Position numbers and translations under genes: made by a program
Notes under the pieces: model-generated
Told to the model about the DNA's origin: nothing
Databases searched by the model: none
The model's input: only the letters and a program-made list of their open reading frames with translations
NCBI GenBank assembly: GCA_910592345.1
Contig: CAJVPI010000354.1
Location: 1 to 33,715, forward strand
Source: Paraglomus brasilianum
Lineage: Eukaryota
Reading direction: 5' to 3'
Length of the DNA stretch: 33,715 bases
In this document: piece by piece, positions 1-10,355 of the stretch
Layout of the letters: every line of letters starts with the position of its first letter
How positions within the stretch are numbered: the stretch's first letter is position 1

Positions 1-73
1 TTGGGCCCAGGAAAAAGCATCATATTAGCGAACATCATATTATCGAGGGATCATTATATCGAGAGCCACTGTG
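1..73. mobile_element. Right end of a Tc1/mariner/pogo-type MITE, truncated by the window edge
   Basis: Ends ...ATATCGAGAGCCACTGTG followed by TA (74-75). Reverse complement CACAGTGGCTCTCGATA resembles the TIR of the 28196-28851 element (CACAGTCAGTCTCGATA). Subterminal CATCATATTA repeats are present. Confidence 0.6.
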
Positions 74-617
74 TAATTAAGTTGAGATGTTCGAGAATTG
101 CTTTCGCGTATTATGAAAAAGTACGAATTACTGGATATGTTCAGCAAGTTTACTACGTCATGAAATAATATTCGAGTATTCTAGTTAATAATATTAGGAT
201 CATCTAATGTCGGGAATTAAGCTGCTTTAGAGGTCCGCTTAATAAACTAATGTCGTGGAATTTTGGTATTATTTTGATGAAATGTCCGTTTTTTGTTTGC
301 TCGCACCCATTCTCAATAGTGTCTTCTGCTGTGACTTGCCGACCCTCTTAGACGTTTGAATAACCTGTAGCCTGAATGTTTGAATACGCGATATTTCTCA
401 TCTGTTATTTTCATATATTTCGATTCGCTTATCAAGTACTTGGGAAAATCTCTTTACGAGGAAGCTAGGAGGGTCCTTCCGTCTTGCTAGCAAGGAAGGT
501 GTAACTGTGTTGGCGTATGTCAGAGCCGGAGGAGCAATTAACTTTTAGCTTTTGAGCTTGTGGGCAAAATATTGATCTAGCCAAAGCTAAAGGTTGTGCG
601 GAAACTTATGCGATTAG

Positions 618-757
618 TTAGATATTAGTAAACAATGAAATACTCCTGACGAGGAAAAATTAACTGGTTCTCTCGATCTAACTACTTTTATGGAGTTAGA
701 AAAATTAGATTGTTCTAAAAATAAACTAATTGACTTACAATTATCTAATTGTCCAGA
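618..757 (+). pseudogene. Leucine-rich-repeat protein fragment, possibly from Mollicutes-related endobacteria (translation table 4)
   Basis: The frame from 618 reads LDISKQ(TGA)NTPDEEKLTGSLDLTTFMELEKLDCSKNKLIDLQLSNCP, a clear LxxLxCxxNxLxxLxL LRR. A TAG lies just upstream (615-617) and there is no N-terminal start or intron. Confidence 0.6.
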
Positions 758-1311
758 CTATTTAGATAATTTTCCTAATAAAAAGAAGATGATTGATTAT
801 CACTTTGATTCAAAAACTTTTTTTCTAACTCGATGTCATACAGCTTGATGCCACAATAATAATAATGCTTGTCTTATTCTGACTTTTATTTGTTTAAATA
901 TCACTGTCCAGATTTAATATTATAGGTAACACAAAAAAATCAAAAACCCAAATTAACAAGCCAATGTGTAGTCTACGATTATTATTAAGCCCTGTCAATA
1001 ACATGTAAATTGGATTTTATCACTTGGCGGTTATCTAACCAAGAGCGTATTAATTCTCCTACTGTATATTGTGTTACAAACATTTGTAAACTACATTTGG
1101 GGCTCACTTAATATTACTGTATCAGGAACACAAGCATGGGATGCTTTGTCGACAGCGATTCAAAGCACGGATCGGTTTACATTAACTACAAATTGCGTAA
1201 ACAATTCGGTTTTAAAAAAAGATATTCAAACGTGTTAGTTACTTTAGCAATTATCATACACTTACAACATCGCAGAAATAATGAATGTGAACTGTATGAT
1301 ATTATTTGATA

Positions 1312-1476
1312 GAGAGGCATTTATTTCATCGACAATCATTTCACCGATAGTACACTTCACCGACAGTCATTTCACGTGACACATTGTTTATCGCACTTAT
1401 CATTGGTTTTCGATGAAATTTATGTCGGTGAAATGTACTGTCGGTGAAATAATTGTCGATGAAATGAACCGGTCCC
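1312..1476. mobile_element. Foldback MITE (MULE- or hAT-like) with 8-bp TSD
   Basis: About 55-bp imperfect terminal inverted repeats built of ATTTCA(T/C)CGA units. Flanked by identical ATTTGATA at 1304-1311 and 1477-1484. Confidence 0.8.
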
Positions 1477-1639
1477 ATTTGATATAAGCGTATAGATCAT
1501 TGTAACATACACCTATCGATGGTTGTGTTTCTTGTACGTTAGTATTAGTGTGCATCAACTTATCTATAGCTCCACATAGTGATAAGACAAGACTGAAGCA
1601 GAATGCCAACTTGATTCATACATAATGCTATAATTCCAA

Positions 1640-2220
1640 AGTACCTCCCTACAATTTTTCTACAGCATGTGACTGTTTATTTACATGTATTACACGAAGT
1701 TGTGATCCGTACCACACAGGTAATGCTGATATTATATTGCTTATCATTATTAGTTTATACGCGTGGTTTATCACCCCACCGGTCGACTGCCCGTGACAAT
1801 TATGACTTGTTGACCAGTGAAAAATTTTATTGACAGAAACAGCCGTGACAGTCGTGATATTATGTCATGCTGCGTTACATATCGATGTTCGTTTATGCTT
1901 AACTATTGGTTGACAGTCGCAGACTCTCACATTTATACTTATAAGGTTACATACAAAATCACAATCCTTCCAAATGTTTCTATAGCATGTGTAGCATAGA
2001 TAATAACAGTTATACTTATAAGGTTACGTGCAAAAAACACCTCCTCACAATCCTTCCAAATGTTTCTACAGCATGTGCACCACCCATGACAATTACAAAT
2101 TTTATGACTTGTTAACCAGTGAAAATTTTTACTGCGGGTGTCCCGGAATGTTACACTGATTCTATTGTTTTTATTTACGGAAACAATTATGACAGACTAA
2201 GACGCGATATTATGTCATCT
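1640..2220. repeat. Local imperfect duplications
   Basis: ACAATCCTTCCAAATGTTTCTA(T/C)AGCATGTG occurs at ~1961 and ~2047. TATGACTTGTT(G/A)ACCAGTGAAAA occurs at ~1801 and ~2103. GATATTATGTCAT occurs at ~1856 and ~2206. Confidence 0.7.
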
Positions 2221-3150
2221 AACACGCAAACACGCGTCTACTCATACATGTATATATACCCAGACACTTCCCTCCACCTCTCTTCCTTCAAAGCGCAAAT
2301 ACAACATTATCTTAAATATACAATGAACAATCCTCTGTCGCCACTCTATATTACTGCATACGACACGAATAAGTTATCAAACAACGACAAGTTCAAAACT
2401 CAGATAATTGTACATGTATTGCTTCACGACAACCTCTCCTCCAAAGCCCAAATACACGAACAACTCTTTGCTGCCACTCCATATTACGCACGTACGACAG
2501 TTCGCTAGAAAACAATCCTCTAACAACGATACGGTTTATCGACCGTTAACTGATGAAAGAGTTCAAACACACGTCTACTCATACATATACACCATCTATT
2601 GCCATGCATCGCTTCACAACATCTCCTTCTCCAAAGCGTAAATACAACAAACCATCCTTTACGCCACTCCATATTACGCACATACACAGATTTCTACAAC
2701 TTACGAACAAAGTCTTTTAACAACGACACGATGGTCGACCACGTAAGCGATGAAAAGTTCGAACATACGTCTACTCATATATACTCAGACAATTGTACAT
2801 GTATTGCTTCACATCTGCCATCCTCTGTATTATGCACGTACGACAGTTTGCTACAACTCATGAACAAGTCTTCTAACAACGACACGGTTTATCGACCACT
2901 AACTGACGAAAGAGCTCAAACAAATGTCTACTCATATATAACCCAGACGTTTCTTTCTATTGCGCATCCATTGCCTCATCCTCCAAAGCATAAATACAAC
3001 AAACAATTCTTTTGCCGCCACCTCATATTACGGCACATACGACAGTTTGCTGCAACGAACGAACAAGCACTCTAACAACGACACGGTTATCGATTACATA
3101 AAGTTTGAACACACATCTACTGGTACGTCGCTTCTTTCTATTGTGCATGA
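2220..3150. repeat. Degenerate tandem array of ~155-200-bp units with ~355-bp higher-order period
   Basis: TAACAACGA(C/T)ACG recurs at ~2521, 2718, 2874 and 3073. GTCTACTCATA and CATATTACG motifs recur in most units. The overlapping ORFs here repeat the same peptides in different frames. Confidence 0.8.
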
Positions 3151-4748
3151 AGCTAGTTAGAGATGAAAGGTGAGTTTGCTGCTTGGCATCCGATTGGAAG
3201 CAATAGTCTTATCTATCCATATTTAATTAGTACAATAGTAAACATAATAATAATTACAAAGATTATATACAAAATTTACAAGTATCAATATAAACATTGT
3301 ATTATAATACTGTATTATTGTATTAATATAATAATATCAAATTAATTAACTAAATTTACCTTGTGCTTCAAAAACTGGCTAAATTTGACAATGGTTAGGG
3401 ACTGAACACGATTTTATTTAGTAGAAAACGACTTACGCGGATGACTTGTACACGTAATATCGATATATTAATCTATGGGATACTTAATAAAATATGTTCC
3501 TTCCCCTTTTGAAACTCACATGTGACATGCTCAGTCAGCAATGTGGTTTCCATGGTGATTGGATTTTTTATATATCTGATATTCTATTTAAAAAGTTTAC
3601 TCATTATTTATTTGCGGAGTGCAAGATTCAATAAAAACGTAACATATTACACACGTACAAACAACTTTAAACAAGCAAGAAAATAATTCCAGGATTCGTG
3701 CAGCAAATTATACCAACTTATCACATAATTACAAACAAATATTTTAAAGCTCGAGTGAATATAATTGGGGATGTAATGGAACTATAGGTTCGTAATTACC
3801 ATTACCAGCTATTAAAGCCATATACCAGGATCTTTTTTATGGATAACCTTCGAGCCAGAAAATAAGGAATAACAAGAGATCGAAATCCCAGCAAGTACAA
3901 GTGAAGTGTCTACTTTCTTTTCTTTATTAACACAATTTCGATCATAAACAATCACTATAAACCATTTTCTCGAGCTTGTGACCTGACCATATCTCATCAT
4001 CAACAGGCGGAACAAGAACCCACAACCACAGGCATTTAACTCAAGGTTAGTAAATAATAATTTAGGATCGGCATATACAACACCGTGTGTATAATAAATC
4101 TAACGTTAAGTATTTATATATTTAACATTAGTAGAGATAGTCAAAGGTCTCGGTTAAATCTCAAGGTCATTTATTATACGTATTAGTATGCTCTCCGACG
4201 TGTATTGACTCGATAACGCCATCCATAAGTCAGTTGAGCATTAGACTATCTGAGATGTTTCATTTTATGGATGAACTAAAACCGGGAATTGTCAGTAGTT
4301 GGCACTCTTTTTCTAACTTTGCTTTCTTTTAAAGCCGGCCTATAACTCATGACCGGAATATTAATATTGACAGTACATTCCAGACAAAAACCCATAAACA
4401 AACCAGCAGCTTAATTGAATCTGAAATTGCTTATTTCTACCTGTGCATGTATTATTAGGTTCAATCTCCAATTACAATGGGTTTGAAATAATTTACTTTA
4501 TTATTGTACTGTTCAAGACCAAGATAGGTAGCCTAATACAAATGTTCATAGGATTTTTATTGTGTAACTTAAACTATAGAAAGCTGTTGAAGTTCACTTT
4601 AATATATTATAGTAATCTTATGAGAGAGATATAAAGCATAATAAAAATAAGACAACCACAATTAATGAGTTAGCAATTTTAAAGTATTGTGGGCATATTA
4701 CATATGCATTGTTTGATTCCACTTCCAATAATAATTTGTTGAAATTAT

Positions 4749-7689
4749 TTAATGTATTACATATGGTTTTAGATCTAGTACTAGATAGACAGCTTCTCTA
4801 TTTCTCAATGCCCATACATTATTTGGTTCAATCTCCAATGATTTGTTGAAATCATTTAATGCATTGTCATACTGTTTAAGATTTTGATAGACAGCTCCTC
4901 TATGTCTCAATGCATATGCATCATTTGGTTCAACCTCCAATGATTTGTTGAAATCATTTAATGCATTGTCATCTTGTTTAAGATTTTGATAGACAGCTCC
5001 TCTATGTCTCAATGCATATGCATTATTTGGTTCAATCTCCAATGATTTGTTGAAATCATTCAATGCATTGTCATACTGTTTAAGATATATATAAACAGCT
5101 CCTCTATTTTTCAATGCATATGCATAATTTGGTTCAATCTCTAATGATTTATTTAAATCCATTAATGCATTGTCATACTGTTTTAGATCCAGATAGACAA
5201 CTCCTCTATCTCCCAATGCCCATGCATTATTTGGTTTAATCTCCAATGATTTGTTGAAATCATTCAATGCATTGTCATACTGTTTAAGATTTCGATAGAC
5301 AACTCCTCTATTTCCCAATGCATATGCATTATTTGGTTCAATCTCCAATGATTTATTTAAATCCATTAATGCATTGATGTACTGTTTTAGATCCAGATAG
5401 ACAGCTCCTCTATTTATCAATGTCAATACATTATTTGGTTTAATCTCCAATGATTTGTTGTTATCATTTAATGCATTGTCATACTTTTTAAGATTTCGAT
5501 AAACAACTCCTCTATTTCCCAATACAACAGCATCATTTGGTTCAACCTCTAATAATTTGTTGAAATCATTCAATGCATTGACATACTGTTTTAGATTTAG
5601 ATAAACAACCCCTCTATTTTCCAATGCAAAAACATTATTTGGTTCAATATCCAATGATTTGTTGAAATCAATTAATGCACTGACATGCCATTTAAGACCT
5701 AAATAGACAGCTCCTCTATTTCTCAATGTATATGCAACATTTGGTTCAATACCCAATGATTTGTTGAAATCATTTAATGCATTGTAATACTGTTTGAGAT
5801 TTAGATAGACAGCTCCTCTATGTCTTAATGCATATGCATCATTTGGTTTAATCTCCAATGATTTGTTGAAATCATTCAATGCATTGCCATACTGTTTTAG
5901 ATTTAGATAAACAACTCCTCTATTTTTCAATGCATATGCATTATTTGGTTCAATATCCAATGATTTGTTGAAATAAATTAATGCCTTGTCATACTGTTTA
6001 TACTTAAGTACATGTATAAGACCTACATAGACAGCCCCTCTATTTTCCAATGCAAGACCTAGATAGACAGCTCCTTTATTTCCCAATGCATATGCATTAT
6101 TTGGTTCAATCTCCAATGATTTGTTGAAATCAATTAATGCATTGTCATACTGCTTAAGACCTAAATAGACAGCTCCTCTATTTCTCAATGCAATGGCATT
6201 ATTTGGTTCAATCTCCAATGATTTATTTAAATCCATTAATGCATTGTTGTACTGTTTAAGATTTAGATAGATAGCTCCTCTATTTATCAATGTCAATACA
6301 TTATTTGGTTTAATATCCAGCAATTTGTTGAAATCATTTAATGCCTTCACAGCTCTATGTTTCAATGCATGTGCATCATTTGGTTTAATCTCCAGTAATC
6401 TGCTGAAATCCTTTAATGCATTGTCATACTGTTTTAGATCTAGATAGAGAGCCCCTCTATTTCTTAATACAAAAACATTATTTGGTTCACTATCCAATAA
6501 TGTATTGAAATCATGTAGTGCATCACAATACTTCAATCTCTCATAAACATTCTCACAAAAGGGCCACTTATCAGGATCTTCATCCCAACAATCTGAATAC
6601 AGTTTAACATATTCCTCAGACGTTCCAGGAAAGGGAGGATCGCGAGAGCCATTGCTTCTATACAAAATAATTTTGAAATCTTCAATACGGCCTTCGCACG
6701 GAATTTTTCCGCTAGAAATTTCCCAAAGTATCACTCCAAGACCAAAGATATCAGATTCCTTTCGGCGTCTATATGACTCGTCCATAAACGACTTGGGATC
6801 CTTGTATGCGGGTGTGCCATCACCGCGTGATGTTGTCATTATTTGCTTCAAGACACTTGATAAACCGAAGTCGGTTATCTTTGCAACTCCCGATTGAATA
6901 AGAATATTATAAGAAGACTAGATAGAACAAACAAGTGTAAATAATTCAAACAGTACTATATCCAAAGAACCCGACCAATTATTATGATAAATACCAAATC
7001 CCTGTGAACAATGTCATGCGCATGTAAATGTCTCAATCCATTGGTGATTCCTAGGGCCAACTTGTATTTGTCTTTCCAAGTTAAATCATTAAAATGTTTC
7101 TCCAAGTGTTGACGCAGAGTCCCACCATCAGCTAGTTCAAAAATCATGTGATAATTATCATCGTTGTCTATAGTGTTAAAAACTGGAATAAGTACTATCC
7201 TTGTGGTAAGTCAACGAAAAAACTACCGTTTACAACATACCGTTATATAGACCGACAAACCGAATAAGGTTAGGATGATTGTTCACAAGCTTGTGATATT
7301 TTAGCTAACATACAACGTTGGTATCAAAATTAGCCCATGCATAATATGACTGTAAAACAACATAACGACTAGTAATTAATAGTAACCTCTTTGACGAAAT
7401 GCCGACGCCAATCCCAATCTTCTCCACAATTACTGTTTTTATTAGGAGACAATATCTTCACCGCAACAGTAATGCCAGAGATGTTGTGTTTCTTACCCAG
7501 GATCGTCTTGACGATGTTTCCAAAACGGCTTTCCTCTTTTATCATTGCTTTATAAACCGCTCCGTGTGATCCATTGCCAATACGTAGAGGATCTAATTCG
7601 ATATCACCTTCTGTACAGCAATGAATGTAACCTTCTTGAATGCTCTTGTCAAGCCATTCTTTGTACGAATCCCTGGTCATTTGAGACAT
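4749..7689 (-). CDS. Tyrosine-kinase-like protein kinase fused to a C-terminal TPR array (4 exons)
   Basis: Exons 7689-7387, 7304-7241, 7167-6995 and 6917-4749, all GT-AG and in frame. Motifs: GNGSHGAVY, VAVK, HPNLIRFVG, HRDL|SSYNIL, DFG, GTPAYKDP, SDIFGLGVILWEI. These are followed by 34-aa repeats of consensus ALxNRGAVYxNLKQYDNALNDFNKSLEIEPNN. Confidence 0.9.
4775..6520 (-). repeat. About 17 tandem 102-bp TPR-coding repeats with high nucleotide identity
   Basis: CCAATGATTTGTTGAAATCATT and close variants recur at ~102-bp spacing. In-frame irregularities occur near 6350, 6050 and 6000-6020. Confidence 0.9.
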
Positions 7690-7943
7690 GTTAGTAATGG
7701 ATGGAATAAACTGATAAACAAGGCTAGGCTCAGTGATGATCAGATATGTAAGATGCAACTAACTGCGCGAGACCGGCCGGAGTATAATTCCGACACTTTT
7801 ATGGTCGTACAGCATACTAACACAAATGGACTAATTTGGACTAGTGTATAAAGTATCGGAATTATTGACTATAACCATTTCTACGCGATGGTTTTATTTT
7901 AATTGTACTCGTCAGGAAGTTTGTAAAAGTATTAGTAATGTAC

Positions 7944-8088
7944 TTGTATGTAAATCCCGTCACTATGCAAATCCCGTTTGGGGTCCCTAAAAACCGCATT
8001 TATATTATGTGAATCCCGTCCAGGGCCACCAAAACCGCATTTACATATGTAAATCCGGAATTTATACAGTGACGGGATTTACATACAA
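7944..8088. mobile_element. MITE with 21-bp perfect TIR
   Basis: TTGTATGTAAATCCCGTCACT at 7944 and its reverse complement AGTGACGGGATTTACATACAA ending at 8088. Internal repeats of AATCCCGT and AAAACCGCATTTA. Lies ~250 bp upstream of the kinase-TPR start codon. Confidence 0.75.
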
Positions 8089-10355
8089 CATACTAACTCC
8101 ATAGCTTTTAAGAAAATATTGCGTAGTTGAAGTTAAACAAATTCGGTACAAATTAATGTCACTGTTGTCGAAATAAGAGTATCAAGTCTGAAGCTGTTAA
8201 CAAAACCACAAAATGAATTGTCGTAAGTTGATTAAAATGGCAATTGTTGCTATTTTTGTGACGTCATTCATACATCTATTGAATAATTTGTAAGCTTTTA
8301 AGGTATTGGTATTATACAATACATATAACGCTCGAATTTGATTATCTGTTTCTGGGACAGTCATTAATTTTAACAAGACAAGCATTATAGCAATTCGTGC
8401 TGTATTTCAAGAGAAACCATTTAGTTATGAAGTTGTAGAATTGTCTCTTCAAGTCAGGGTTTGACCCCAAAAAAAATTGGATAAGCTTGTGAATAAGTTT
8501 CAAAGTAATGTTTGAGCTAGTATTTGCTGAAGAAAAAACTGCCTCTGTGATCGGGTTTGTAGCTACAACAACTTTTCCTCATCAAGTGATTTATGCCATT
8601 TTGTTAAATAAAAATTTTGCATCCAATTCAGTTCTTTTGTCGTATAGCCATCTCAGATTGTTGATATAAAATTTTCTTGCCGCCGACAGTTTTTTGTTGG
8701 TTATACTTCAATGTTTTAATTTATTGCGGAGTTGGTCATTACTATTTAACAATAAACTAGAAAGAACGTTTTGTTGATGAAGATTGTTGGTTTGGATTTT
8801 GTTCAAGCTTTTTACAATTGTTGCGTGTGGCGGAATTATTCTAAGTGTAAGAAAGGGTGCTGGTTTATAGCAAACTATCGTTCGCATCAATTGTCATTGA
8901 TCACACTTACAATGAAAACAATGAAAGATCGTATACGTCATTGATTAAGAACCACTAATCAGTATTTACTATATCAGAAACGCATTGAACGAAAAATTGA
9001 GTGAGAGTTGAAAAGCAAGGAGGGAGCAGATGGGCAATGGCTGCGACGAGGTTGCAGCAGAGAGGTGAGGAGGTGAAGCCGGAATTTTTAGACTTGGATG
9101 TAGGTGTACATTCGTAGGCAACTGCCTACTATGTAGTAATAGAGTTTATCAGGAAATTGGTGAAAGGCAATCAGGAATTTTTAGATAAGATAAAGAGCTT
9201 AGAAGAAAGATTAAAAAAAGGAAGTAAATTGAGAAAATTTTGGGCACTCCTGTCAGCACTGTATTTGGAAATAATCTGCATATTCAACGGTTGCTGGACT
9301 TTTTTCAAAAATGTAATTTACATAATTTGTGCATAAGTCAAATTAGTTAACCTTCAGCCATACCAACCTCTTATTTATGTCACATAACAAAAAGTTTGGT
9401 TTGTTGCAGTCTGTCCTACATTTTGTTCCAAAAATTAAATTATATCTAACCAAAAAATTGATGTTCAAAAGTAAGCGTACGCGGGACTGGAATGAGTAAA
9501 CGCTTTGAAAATTTCCCTGTGTATAGTGTATCACAAACCCTGATCACTTGCAAAATTTAAGAAAAAATTATAGGGGAACAAATCTAAACTGTAAGGAGGA
9601 TGAAGACTTCCTCTGTTGGAAAAGTTTACGACTGAGTGATGCTCATGCGACAGTGCATTATCGCAATAAAGTATGACGTTGTTGCACCATTTTTTCTGCT
9701 CACAATTTTGAAGACATTTGGTTAACGTTTATTATCTAAATATTAGCCTCATTGGCCTTTCTGAGCATGGTTTTTTTTGTTCAATGTCAAATTATTAATT
9801 CACGCCTAACTGTTATGATTGAAGGAACATCGTCACCCCGCGCATGTGACAAAAGTTGAGGAATTTTTTTCGGCATTCCATCTTGCTCTCTCAGCAAGTA
9901 AAAATGAAGAATCTACGATTTTCAATGGTAAATAAAGTCAGTAGTTTGATGTCGAATTTTTAAAATTAAATTTCTCAAGAACCAATAAAGAAATTGTAAG
10001 AGTTTTTTTCACACTTTGTGCGTTCTCACCAGTTTATCGAGCTAATCAAATTTGGGAAATTGCGAATACAAATTTGGTAATGCATAGCAAAAAATGGTAA
10101 TACCATCTAGCGTTTGTTCTTTTCGTCAAATATTGTACACCAATTTAAATCGATAGAATACAGTGATGATAAACATTTTCTGATTGGCTCAACTTGATTT
10201 GTTTACCGACCATCACGTATATATTAAAAATCAACGTAACAGTTCACGTAGTTACGAAACACATATTAATATGCAATGGGTCACCTACTGTGTTCAATAG
10301 ATTATTTAATAACATAATAAAGTGTTGAAACATTCTCTCAATTTTTTATTCAACC

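Noticed and set aside
2500..3120. CRISPR-like repeat-spacer pattern
   Set aside because: The units are long and degenerate, the intervening sequences are themselves homologous, the context is eukaryotic, and no cas genes are present.
2119..3160. Overlapping ORFs of 66-158 aa
   Set aside because: They are translations of the degenerate tandem array. The same peptides appear in different frames with no consistent frame.
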